A DNA stretch of 64,000 nucleotides from the human T2T-CHM13v2.0 reference genome, Homo sapiens. The DNA is taken from NCBI RefSeq assembly GCF_009914755.1, contig NC_060939.1; one strand, 5' to 3'. This document shows, one piece after another, positions 28,700-41,999 of this stretch (the first letter of the stretch is position 1; each line of letters opens with the position of its first letter). The position numbers and the translations under genes are program-made. Under the pieces are notes generated by a model. It did not search any database and had not been told where the DNA came from. It saw nothing but the letters and a program-made list of their open reading frames with translations.

Positions 28700-29210
28700 T
28701 AGACTCATTCCTTCATTTATTTTTTTCATTCGTTGTTAAATATCCACAATCTGCCATCCACTGTACCGGGCATTAGAGGCTTTATAGTGAACAACACAAA
28801 ATACTTGTCCTTGTAGTATGCACATTCTAATGGGGGACATAAAAAACAAACAAACAAATAGAAATCTAATGTAATTTCAAAAAGGGATATATTCTAAGAA
28901 AAAATTGAAGTGAAACTAGAAAGAGAAAGTGACTGAGCATGGCATTTGGGTTAATGTGTCAGGAAGCAGAGATCTGAATTAAGCAGGAGGAAGCCCGCTA
29001 TCTAATGGGTATCACAAATGGAGCATGTTGAGAAGGGCACTTGTGATTCACTGGCTCCCCAACTTTCTCCTCCCTCCACACCTAAACCACCTCCTCTTCT
29101 GGTTTTCTCATCTCAGTCAATGACAGTACTCTTTGCATGTAGGTTGAGGCCTAGAAATCTAGGAATCTGTGTTGATTCTTCTTTCACCATTACCCACTCC
29201 CCTTGAAAAC
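28700..29210. mobile_element. L2 fragments
   Basis: Antisense L2 3' end (tcattccttcattt...gtgaacaacacaaaatacttgtccttg...cacattctaatggggga) followed by a pyrimidine-rich L2-like segment. Confidence 0.6.
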
Positions 29211-29479
29211 CGTTCACTGGCATCTGCACTTTAATACAGTCCCTGAGAAGTAGGCTAACATTAAGACACCATCTGAGTGAGGAGTAACTGATGCTTGGTG
29301 GAGTTATGTGACTTGCCCAGGGTTATACAACTAGTCAACCATGACCCAAGGCTCACTTGGAGTCAGACCTTCTGACAACCTTTTTTTGTTTGTTTGTTTT
29401 GTTTTGTTTTATTTTTTAACCACTCTGACTCTGAAGGAGACCAGCAAAACAGATAAGAAAGAGCAGTCAGTTTCCTGTA

Positions 29480-31800
29480 TGGGCATATTTTGTTTTATTG
29501 CACTTTGTTTTATTGTACTTCATAGATATTGCATGCTTTACATATTGAAAGTTTGTGGCAAATGTGCATGGAACAAGTCTATTGACACCATTTTTCCAAT
29601 ATCATGTGCTCGCTTAATGTCTCTGTGTCAGATTTTGGTAATTATAATATTTAAATTTTTTCTTTATTATTATATATGTTATGATGATCTGCAATTAGTG
29701 AGTTTTACTGCTATGTTGCAGCTGTTTTGCAGCACCACCAACTGCACCCATAGAAGGCAGCAAACTTAATAAATGTGTGTGTTCTGACTGTTCCAGCAAT
29801 AGACTGTTTTCCTGTCTGTCTCCCACTCCTTGGGTCTCTCTGTTCTCTCAGACACAACAAGATAGAAATGAGGACAGTTAATAACCCTACAATGGCTCTA
29901 AGTGTTCAAGTGAAGAGTCACAGACCTTTTAAATAAAACACTAGAAATGAATAAGATTAGTGAAGAAGTCATGTTGAAAGCCAAAATAGGCTGAAAGCTA
30001 GGCCTTTTGTGCCAGTTAGCCACATTGTGAATGTGAAGAAAACGGTCCCGAAGAAAATTAAAAGTGCTACTCTGGTGAACACAAAAATGAAAACAAGTGA
30101 AAAAGACTTATTGCTGATATGGAGAAAGTTTCAGTGGCATAGATAGAAGATTAAACTAGTCAGAACATTCCCTTATGCCAAAGCCTAATTCAGAGCAAGA
30201 CTCTATCTCTCTTTAATTTTATGAAGGCTGGAGAGAGGTAAGAAGGCTGTAGAAGAAAAGTTTGCAGATAGCAGAGCTTGGTTCATGAGGTTTAAGGAAA
30301 CAAGCCATCTCCATAACATAAAAGTGCAAGGCGAAGCAGCAAGTGCTGATGTAGACACTTAAGTAAGTTATCTAGAAGATCTAGCTAAGACTACTGATCT
30401 GGGACTTCATTAGCTACAGAAGAGAAGTCAATTCCTGGCTTCAAAGCTTCAAAAGACAGGCTGACTCTCATGTGAGGAGCGAATGCAGCTAGTGACTTTA
30501 AGTTGAAACCGATGCTCATTTACCATGCAGAAAATGCTAGAGCCATGAATAATTATGCTAAGACTACTCTGCCTATGCCCTCTAAATGAAAAAAACAAGG
30601 ACTGGGTGACAGTAAATCTGTTTATAGCATGGTTTATTGAATATTTTAAGTCCACTGTTAAGACCTAGTCTTCAGAAAAAAAAAAAAATTCCTTTCAAAA
30701 TTTTCCTGCTCATTGACAATGTACCTGGTCACCTTAGAGCTTTGATGAAGATATACTTGGAGATTAATGTTGTTGTCATGCCTGCTAGTCTAACATTCAT
30801 TCTACATCCCATGGATCGAGCAGTAATTTCAACTTTCAATTCATATTATTTAAAAAATACCTTCTGTAAGCCTACAGCTGCCACAGATAGTGATTCCTTT
30901 GATGGATCTGGGCAAAGTAAATGGAAAATCTTCTGGAAAAGGATTCATCATTGTAGATGCCAATAAGAACATTTGTGATTCATGAGAGGAAGTCAAAATG
31001 TCAACATTAACAGGAGTTTGGAAGAAGTTGATTTCAACACTCATGGATGACTTTGAAGGGTTAAAGACTTTAGTGGAGGAAGTAACTGAAGATGTGGTGG
31101 AAATAGCAAGAGAGTGGGAATTAGATGTGAAGATGTGAAGGCTGAAGATGTGACAGATTTGCTGCATTCTCATTCTAAAACTTGAATGGATGAGGAGTTG
31201 CTTCTTATGGGTGAGCAAAGAAAGTGGTTTCTGGAGATGGAATGTTCTCCTGGTGAAGACGTTGTGAACATTGTTGAAACGACAACCAGTGATTTAGAAT
31301 ATTATATAAATTTAGTTGATATGGCAGTGGCAGGCTTTGAGCGGTTGGCTCTGGTTTTGAAAGAAGTTCTACTGTGGGTAAAATGCTATTAAACAGTATC
31401 ACATACTGCAGAGAAATCTCTCATGAACAGAAGAGTCAATCAGTGGGGCAATTTTAATTGTTGTCTTAAGGAATTACCACAGCCATATTACCTTCAGCAA
31501 CCACTACCCTGATAATCGATAGCCATCAACATCAAAGGAAACCCTCTTCTAGCAAAAAGATTATAATTTGCCAAAGGCTCAGATGATCATTAGTATGTTT
31601 TAGCAATAAAGTATTTTTAATTAAGGTATGTACTTTTTCATAGACATAATGCTATCACATACTTAATAGACCTACAGTGTTTAAAAAAAGTTTAAATATA
31701 ACTTTTATATGCACTGGGAAACCAACAGTCATGTGACTTGCTTTATTGTGATATTAGCTTTATTAGAGAACCAAACCTGCAACATCTCCAAGGGATGCTG
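29480..31800 (+). mobile_element. Near-full-length Tigger1 DNA transposon with disrupted pogo-type transposase
   Basis: Decayed TIRs (tgggcatat... / ...gggatgctg) flanked by TA at both ends. Transposase remnants from ATG 29892 include [27 protein letters not shown] and [18 protein letters not shown]. Frameshifts, stops and an internal deletion near 30397. Confidence 0.95.
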
Positions 31801-31850
31801 TATTTGTTCCACCACCAAAAAGTTCCCATGACTCAGTAACTTTCTCTTAC

Positions 31851-32003
31851 CTTTCCTGACAATTTTTACCCAAAGTTGGGCTTTATTTTCCATTTGCAAT
31901 TACTAAGCAAGTCTGTATTCTGCCACATGCTTTCCCCTATGTTACTTTTCAAGTACTCCCTCATCGTTCCATGTCCCTGTTAACATAGCCACATAACAAG
32001 TCT
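31851..32003 (-). other. Candidate exon (153 nt), minus strand
   Basis: Acceptor cttgttctttatcatttag| and donor AAG|gtaaga. Confidence 0.25.
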
Positions 32004-32354
32004 CTAAATGATAAAGAACAAGTCTTCCTACATATATAGTGTTGGTGTTCAATAAATGTTTTCTACTGTTAAATATAGATTTTATCCTTTGCTGATGTCA
32101 TAAACAAGGACTCATGAAAAAATTAAATCATGGTAAAGCAAAATGAGCAACTGAATAACCATGAATATTTTACAAATTGGGAAGTGAAAGGGATCATTGA
32201 AAAGCTGAAGGATGGGTAGGTTCTGGTTGATGATGATGAGAAAAAAGGATAATTAAATAAATAGGTCTCAAAGATGACCACAGATATATCATTTGTGGGT
32301 CAGACTGACATGGCAAGGGCAAAGGGTTCTTATTGTGGGTGTGTTTATGTACCA

Positions 32355-32650
32355 ACTATTTATCAAGTGCTTACCATATGTCATATACTCTACTGGCATA
32401 TTCAATGGTGACTGAAGTAAACATGGTCTTCTTCTTATGCAGTTGACAGGCTCGCAAAAGATAGAGAAGTTAACAAACAGCACTGGTGTAGCAGGGGAAG
32501 TAAAATATGATGGGAGTTTCCACAGGGAACATCTCACTACTTCTGGAGAATACAGGATCAAGAGGCTCTTGGAAGGAAATTCTATTTGATCATTTTATTT
32601 GAAGAATAATGAATGGAAGATCAAGTCTTGAAAATCTAGGTAAACTAGAC
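32355..32650 (-). mobile_element. L2 fragment
   Basis: tatttatcaagtgcttaccatatgtca...catggtcttcttcttatgcagttgacag. Confidence 0.55.
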
Positions 32651-33229
32651 TGGGTGGTGCTAGAAAAACGTGATGACTGAAAGAAAGAGGAGAGGAGGAA
32701 GAAAATAAGTGGAGACGGACGAGGAGGAGGAAGAGAATGGGGGGAGAAGTTTATTTGGGGGTGAAATGAAGACATTACTTGAGAATATACAACAGGAACC
32801 CAAAATAGGGAGTGTCTTTGGTGGACATTTGTAAAAACGAAATGGTCTCACGTAGGAAGCTCATGTCTGGCCATAGATGTGAGAACCTGTGTCCAACTTT
32901 ATGCTCCTGATGATCCAACTAACCAGCCTTTCTTCTGTAAAACTTCCTACCAGTTTCTGCTGTACCACTGTCCCCTCTTCATTCTCCTCCTATTTCTTTC
33001 TTTCTTTATTTTTTTAACTATCATTTGTCACTTGTTCCATCTTCTCCTACCCTTTCAAAAAACTACAGCATTTCCTCAAAATGTGCCTTTGGTCCTGTAC
33101 TCCTTCATCAAATTCATCTAAACTCTTGTTATTTGCCATCATTTTTGTGCAAATTAAGCTTCTCAAAATGTATTCTGGTTGGGGATGGGGAGGAGAGGCT
33201 GACCTATGTACTTTGGAAATGAGCAGAGT

Positions 33230-34316
33230 CCATGAAACTAAAGTGAAAAGAAAGTGTACATAAGCCCTGTGCTTCAGTGAGAAGGCGGTTTCACTGAGGT
33301 GTCGACTAACAATTCTAATACCACGAAAAATGTCTGCTGATGTTGGGCAATTAAGTAAATGAATAGCAATGGTGACAGCCAGATTTCTCCTGTTAGAGTG
33401 GGACTTTACAGATAAGCAAGGAGAGGAAGCTAGGATGACCCATGTGATCATGAATTAGAATTGGACACATCAGTATAAAGTCATGTTTACTTAATATAGA
33501 CACAGATGGTTACATATAAAATATTTATAGATCTGTATGTGTACTTGGGTTAGTATACACACACATATTTCCTTGCTCTGTTATCTAGGAGGACTTAGAA
33601 GCAAGGCCATTCCAGTGGCAATGGCCACATCTAGTGCCCAGATAAAAAGGAACCAGGGATCCTCAGAGAAAGGACTGATTCTAAGCCCAGGGCAAGAAAT
33701 ATGCAAGATGATCCTGAAGCATCTTGCAGTGGCAGAAGGTAAGAAAGTGCTAAGAAACAAAACTGAGCAACTAAAGAAACAAACCAGCTCTACACACAAT
33801 GATGAACGTTAACATCAATATGATCAGTCATATTGATAATATATACCCTTGATGTGATGAGAATGACATTTTACCTTTGTGGTCTTCCTTCCAAAGACAC
33901 ATAATCCCAGTCTAACCATGAGAAAAACTTCAGACAAATCCCAAAAGACTGACTTTCTACAAAATTCCTAACCAGTCCTCCTTAATTAGTCAATGTCATA
34001 AAAAAACAGTGAAAGTCTAAGAATCTCTAACAGTCAAAATGAGCCTAAGGGGACATGACAACTGATCGTAATGCAGTATCCTGCATGAGATCCTGGAACA
34101 GAAAAAGGACATTAAGTAAGAACTAAGGAAATCTGAATGAATTATGGACTTTAGTGAATAAGAACATATAATTATTGGCTCATCAATTTAAAAAAATGTA
34201 CCATAGTTATGCAAGATGTTAATAATAGAACTGGGTGCAGGGTATATGGAAACCTTTCATAGTATCTTCACAATTTTCTGCAAATCTAAAACAATTTTTT
34301 AAAGTTTATTTTAAAA
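33230..34316 (+). mobile_element. L1MC3/L1MC4-type 3' end
   Basis: cataatcccagtctaaccatgagaaaaacttcagacaaatccc; gatcctggaacagaaaaaggacatta; gcaagatgttaataatagaactggg. Confidence 0.85.
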
Positions 34317-34471
34317 TTTAAGTTTCCCATTCCAACTTCTTCCATGAGCACAGACCCACATTTTAAGTGCCTGCTGGACTGCTCCAGTGGAATGCTGGGT
34401 GGGTGTCTCAAATCAAGTACTTCAAAATTCAAACTCATCTTTTTGAGCATAACATTAAGTAGGCATCACGA

Positions 34472-34550
34472 TTCCTTCTTTCCTTCCTTCCTTCCTTCCT
34501 TCCTCCCTCCCTCCCTCCCACTCACCCTTCCTCCCTCCCTCCCTCCCTGC

Positions 34551-34555
<5 letters not shown>
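34472..34555. repeat. (CCTT)n/(CCCT)n microsatellite
   Basis: Read directly; abuts an Alu tail. Confidence 0.9.
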
Positions 34556-34843
<288 letters not shown>

Positions 34844-35252
34844 GACGTCATGCTTTCTTGACCTTTGCTGTAGGCACCACACCATTGTTTTACGAGTCAA
34901 TCAGTGTGGAAACTTGGCAATCATTGTTCAGTCCTTCCTTTAAGCCCATCAACATCAGAAATATGTATTCTATTTCAATAGTCACTTTTGGATTTATCCC
35001 CTCTTTTTGATTATCACAGTCCCCATTGGTATTCAAATACCCATAGATTTTTTTAAGTTATTTTTAAGGACTTCAAAAATGCTCCTTCTGTTACTTCCCC
35101 CAATATATCTCATTGTCTAATTAGTGCTACTAAACCATAATTCCTATCATGCATTCTTCTAAATAATAGAAAGTAGCTGCTCACTGCATGACATAGTCAG
35201 TTAAAATGTCTTAGCTTGGCATTTAAGGCCCGTTGTGATATTATGATATATC

Positions 35253-35451
35253 CTTCTCTCTCTTTTTCTTTTTCTTTTCTTTCTTTCTTTCTCTTTCTTT
35301 TTCTTTCTTTTTTCTTTCTTTTTCTTTCTTTTTTTCTTTCTCTTCTTTCTCTCTTTTTCTTTCTTCTTTCTCTCTCTTTTCCCTTCCTTCCTTCCTTCCT
35401 CTCTTTTCTTTTCTTTTTCCCCTCCCTTTTCTTCCCTTTTCTTTTCTTTTC

Positions 35452-35455
<4 letters not shown>
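35253..35455. repeat. (TTTC)n/(CCTT)n polypyrimidine tract
   Basis: About 200 bp of C and T only, in the position of an Alu tail. Confidence 0.92.
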
Positions 35456-35912
<457 letters not shown>

Positions 35913-36138
35913 TAGGTAAACTCACCCTTTCTCTATTTCTGGCAAACCTCCTCATTGATTTTATACTCATACTTCTTCACTTATATTATCCTCTCCTCCT
36001 AATTCTGGCTTTCAAAATTTAACTCATCCTTTACCATCTACCTTGGAGATACAAGCAGTTTAGTAGAGTGGCTAAAAACATGGATGTTGGGTTAAGACTG
36101 CCCTAGGTTTAAACTCTGGTATTGCATTTTAACATTAG

Positions 36139-36460
<322 letters not shown>

Positions 36461-36759
36461 AGCAAACCCATTTTCTAAGTTTCTAATTTCTCACTGGTGA
36501 AATGGGGATTTGGTTGGAATTATGTGAAACAAAATATTCATTGTAAGTTCTAAGAACATAACAAGTCTTTAAATTTTACTGTAAAATTTTTGTTCATAGG
36601 TTGTCTTTTTAGGAAATATGGCCTATGGTCTCCTCCCCTACCCTGCCCCATCAGTTGATTCTCCATGATCTTTTTGTTTGTGTCTTCTGCATACAACTTT
36701 TCAATTTCCCTTTGCACCATGGTCATTTTATCCTTGTACGACACTGAGCAATAACCCAA

Positions 36760-36925
36760 CCTCTCTTATGTCTTTGTTTCCTTCTCTGCACAATGAGGAT
36801 AATGATAGTGACTCTGTCAAAGGATTCCTTAAAGATTAAATGAGTTCATGTGTATGGAGCACTTAGAATGGCCTGTAATTAGTGCTAAATAAGTGTTTTC
36901 AGTTATTATATCATTATTATCATTT
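36760..36925 (+). mobile_element. MIR
   Basis: gtttccttctctgcacaatgaggataatgatagt...aagattaaatgagttcatgtgtatggagcacttagaa. Confidence 0.75.
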
Positions 36926-37360
36926 CATCTGCCAAGACAGCAGGCATTGAGACTTATTTATCTTTATATTTCCTGCAGTGACCAGAAAAAGACATGCTAT
37001 GAATATAGTAAGTGTTCAATGAAGGCAAAGTGGAACGGAATCTGATGTAGCCTTTGTGAATGGACATAGTGCTTTTTGTCTCTGGGGAGGAAAATACAGA
37101 TCAATAGAACCAATGACTGAGACCATGGACAATTACTGTGCAGAGAATGTGAGGAAGAATACACACTGAAGAAGGAGTGATGCAGAAAGAAGAGAATAAG
37201 GATAAAGTTACCAGGACCAAAAGTGCTGAGAATGAGTTGCATTAAATAATGCAGTTGTAATTGGTGCCTGATGAATAAATGAACAACACTAATGTAACTT
37301 CATGCATACTCATAGAAACATTCCCCCACAGAATAGGTTGTCAGATAACATTATGCAATA

Positions 37361-37514
37361 TATATATGTATATATATGTGTATATGTATATATATGTATG
37401 TGTATAGATACATATATATGTATGTGTATATATGTGTGTGTGTATATACATATATGTGTATATATATGTATATATGTGTATATATGTGTATGTATGTGTG
37501 TGTATATATATATA
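37361..37514. repeat. (TA)/(TG) compound microsatellite
   Basis: Read directly; lies between the Alu body and its left TSD. Confidence 0.92.
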
Positions 37515-37795
37515 TTTAGATGGAGTCTCGCTCTCTCGCTCAGGCTGGAGTGCAGTGGTGCGATCTTGGCTCACTGCAAGCCCCGCCTCCCAGGTTCACG
37601 CCATTCTCCTGCCTCAGCCTCCTGAGTAGCTGAGACTACAGGCGCTGGCCACCACGCCTAATTTTTTTTGTATTTTTAGTAGAGACGGGGTTTCACCATG
37701 TTAGGCAGGATGGTCTCAAACTCCTGACCTTGTGATCTGCCCGCCTCAGCTGCCCAAAGTGCTGGGATTACAGGCGTGAGCCACCACGCCTGGCC
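37515..37795 (-). mobile_element. AluY/Sc-type
   Basis: ctcactgcaagc...ggttcacgccattctcc; caggatggtctc; TSD aa(c/t)attatgcaata at 37347-37360 and 37796-37809. Confidence 0.9.
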
Positions 37796-39518
37796 AATAT
37801 TATGCAATACATTAATGTGGAACATGGCAACGTTAGGGAAAGTCTCCCAAATTATAAGCCGAAGTAAAGTCTTCACATGAAGTATGACTTGATTTTATTT
37901 AATCATTTGGTTATTTTCATTTAACTTGGGTGATTAAATAACTCATATTTGAAGTACTGGTGTAAGCAATGCTGGTGTGTTGTAGAAACCCTGCACAGTA
38001 CCTGCATCCTTCCAAAAGTAAACATAAAATTAAATAGCTTGTCATCTATTAGTGATCATCTTTCTGTTGGGTAATACATGCTGTAATGGACAATCCAGAA
38101 GTGTTCTAATGGATCTTGAATTTTATTTCTTCTTGTTTTTATTATCTTCTATCTGTGACATTTGAACCAGGATAATAGCCTAAAACATAATTGCAATAGA
38201 CCTTGTAAATTAGAAATGTGACACACATATTTCCATTTTTGGAAAAAGAATGAAAGTGTGTTTGAGTGGCTTTTTGTTTTATCTTTCAACAAGTTAGAAT
38301 CTAGAAATCTGTATACCCTCCTGTATTTGTCATGTCTGGTAAGTCATTGGCATGTTCCAAATTCAGAGGAAGAACCTACATTTTCTCAAACCATTTAAGA
38401 AGAGGCAAGGTTATTATCTGAAAAATCCAAGCCAGATATGGAACCAGCTTCAGACTGCCCCGAAAGAGGTGACGTGAAGAGCCCCATTACTTTCATGGGC
38501 TTGACCTGATCCCTCATAAAACTTTCCTCTGTGATTTCTCAGTATAATATGAATCCTGTAGGCACCCTGAAAGGGAAATGAAACTCTTCCAGCTTGTATT
38601 TAAACTTGACCCCAAAGCATATATGTTTCCTGTTCTCATAAACCCAATGCCACCATAGTATTCATGACTCAAGATCAGGGCAGTGACAAAGCGTGATTTG
38701 TTACTGGTGATGACATCATTGTCATCACCGACAGCATCATGGACCGTCTTAGCATCTCCTTTGCAGGGGAGCACACCAGCCACTCCAGGGAACAGGTAGA
38801 CATATGGGCCCTGTTAGTAGTTTGCCAAGGTCCTATGAGAGGCAGAATCTAAAATGATTTGGTTTTCCCGGAGCTGCTTTTGTGAGGTAGTGCCTTGAAC
38901 AACCAGATAACAGGGCTATTAAAAGTCAGGTCATACTTGTAGGGCATCATGTTTCTCATTCAGCAGTTCTACCCCTGGACATGAGAGAGGTCTATGGGTT
39001 GGGTTTTGGATTTTGAGTTTATCTATAATACCTAATACCTAACTTCTTTTTTTTCTTTCCTCCCCCACTGGTTCTGTACAAAGTAAGTATAGAAGAAAAA
39101 GGGGTGGGCAGGTCTTGGAGAATTGCAGCAGCCGAAGGTAGCTCACTGCATTCTAGGGTCTCACCATTAGCTTCTGCCCCCACTGCCCCATTTCCAGAAT
39201 ACGGGGTTCCAGGTGAGGACATTGGGTGCTGGGCAGAAGACATTAGCCCCAAGAGGCAACATCACTTCATTTTAAAAGTTAGTCCGTCCACCTTCCCAGC
39301 AAGGGTGCTTACCACGGGCTCCCTCAGAGAAGATTTTGAAGTGAGGTGGTTAGCAATTTCCCTTTCTTCCTTCGTTCCTGGTGCATCCCATCGCCACCCC
39401 CACTCCCACTCCATCTCCTTGTGGCAGCCTGGGCCAAGTTTGTTGCTTGCAGCAGAAAGACTCAAACGTTTTCGTGATCCAACTGTTTTCAAACAGTCTC
39501 GGTTCCTGTGAGCCTTAC

Positions 39519-39589
39519 CAGCTGTGACTAATAGCCAAGAGAAGGGAGAAAGAAGCTTCTCGGGCCTGCAGGCTTCAGACAGGCAGGCT
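39519..39589 (-). other. Candidate exon (71 nt) of a minus-strand non-coding transcript
   Basis: Acceptor ctttctcttgtttcccccag| and donor CTG|gtaagg. Confidence 0.4.
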
Positions 39590-40282
39590 CTGGGGGAAAC
39601 AAGAGAAAGCCATTAACTAACCACGGTGTTATCTTGATTCTCTCAGAGAAAGGAGCCAGGGACGCCTAATGAACTAGCCTTAACGTTTCAAACTGAATGT
39701 GCCTCTGGGAGCTCTGCTAGAACAAACAGTGTGTCAGATCAATGCTTGGTTCCTATATCAAGAGAAAAGGTTATTCGCTCCTCTAAGGAATTAGAGGATT
39801 AGTATATCTCTATGATATACTTTCTCTCCTTTTAAAATGTAACTTTTCTTAGCATGTGAAGGTATGAGTAGTGCAAAGTGGATGGGAGGGCGTGCCTATG
39901 TGTGGAAGCGTTTAAACATACTGGTTTTAAAGTTCATTACTACAGGAGGTACTGCTGTAAGATATAATAGCTTTTCTTTTTTTACACTTTCAATTTTTTT
40001 TTTGTTGTCCTTGCTCCATGCCAGGTAGACATTTCAAATAAAATCATACAGCCTTCAATTCCTGAGCCCCAGACTGAGACAGGGGTCAAGGTGCAGGCCT
40101 GCAAAGCTCACCTTTGCAGTTCAAAAATTCCCCTTGTGGCTACTAGCTGGAGATTTTCAAAAGGTGACCAGGTTTTCTAGCCTAATCCTCCAAACTGTTC
40201 ATTTTCTGGGAAGCTTAACTGCATCAGTTATCATTTTGAAGAATTTCTTGATATGAAGCGATGTAAAATATAAAATTCTTAC

Positions 40283-40391
40283 CTTGTCAGTCAGTAATGG
40301 CTGAGATTGGAGTGTGCTTTGTAAGTGTCCCTTGTGAGGGTGACTGTGGGGAATACCAATTGTATTCTTGTAGCAAACTGGTCTTAGGTTC
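40283..40391 (-). other. Candidate exon (109 nt) of a minus-strand non-coding transcript
   Basis: Polypyrimidine tract of more than 40 nt then aaatttag|G acceptor; donor AAG|gtaaga. Confidence 0.45.
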
Positions 40392-40485
40392 CTAAATTTA
40401 AAAAGAAAGAAGAAAAAAAAAAAAAAAAAGAAAGGAAAGAGAAAGTAGTTTGAATCAATGCCCCAGTTCAGGAAGCCTGATTTCA

Positions 40486-40869
<384 letters not shown>

Positions 40870-41514
40870 TTACATTTTAATTAGGTTGTAGAGACTTTGG
40901 GGGGTAATAATTTTTAGGGAGCAGGGTATCTTCTAATTGTAGTACTTTGGCAATTTGTCTTCAGTAAACAAATGTGAGAGCAGGTTCTTTCTCTTCCCTT
41001 TACCTCATTCTCTCTTAGATTCCCAAGTGCACTTTTAGAATCACAACCTAAGCTGAGTTCTCCAAATGTGAGAGGCAGTTACCTATGAGTACATACAGCA
41101 GCCCTCTTTCCTGCCTCTTATCCATTGACATACCCACCTATGTTGCAAAGCTAATTTCCGGAGAGTAGTATAATCTGCAGTCAATATTTCTGCGAAAGCT
41201 TACTACTTCAAAGCCTTAAAAAGTGCATACTTTGGTCCAGCAAGTACCATTCCAATAATTTTTCTGAGAAAATAATCAAGGATACATGCAGAACTTCACC
41301 TACAGGAATATTCGTTGCAATAGTAATAATGTGAGAATATGCACTTCCAAACTGATTGTCGTATCCCTACCCATATTAGGAAATCATTGTCCTAAAAAGT
41401 TTCTTTTTCTTTTACTTAATACTATGTGTTTGCTAAAAAAAACCCAAAAAAACAGTTCTTTGTATAAAATTAAAAAGCGGGAAATTTAGGTAAATCTCAC
41501 ATGAATTATTATAG

Positions 41515-41999
41515 TGCATTAGACTGCTCAGTCTGCCATAACGAAATACTACAAATTGGGTGGTTTAATAACAAATGTATTTCTCATGGTTCTGGAGGAT
41601 GGAAAGCCCATGACATAACATTCCATGGATATAATGTAACTCATATTTATGGATGTAATATTACAAAACATATTGCAAAATCTGAGCTGGCAAGGTAGGT
41701 TTCATTCTGATGTCTCTTCTCTGGACTTGTAGGTGGCCGCCATCTTTCTGTATGCTAAGATGATGTTTTTATGCATGCTGGATTGGGGGAGAGGGAGAAA
41801 GAGAGAAAGGGAGTGTGCTCTCTGGAACTCTCCGGTGTGTCTTCTAATAAGGGCACTAATTCTATTGGATCAGGGCCCCACTCTTATGACCTCATTTAAC
41901 CTTACTTCCTTAGAGGCCCAATCTCCAAATATTGATACATTGGGGGTTAGGGTTTCAATATATAAGTCTTGCGGGGACACAAACATTCAATCCATAATA
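41515..41999 (-). mobile_element. MLT1A-like MaLR solo LTR carrying a 70-bp foreign insert
   Basis: ctgccataacgaaatactacaaattgggtggttta...ggatcagggccccactcttatgacctcatttaacctta...ggggacacaaacattcaatccata; near-TSD tatag/tagag. Confidence 0.88.

Noticed and set aside
29892-31392. Functional TIGD1-like domesticated transposase
   Set aside because: Frameshift just after the ATG, several stops and loss of the first catalytic motif; this is a decayed Tigger1.
35926-36071. Extra minus-strand exon candidates (35926-36071, 39165-39228, 53379-53437)
   Set aside because: One splice site is weak in each case, or the interval overlaps L2/MIR relics; indistinguishable from pseudo-exons by eye.
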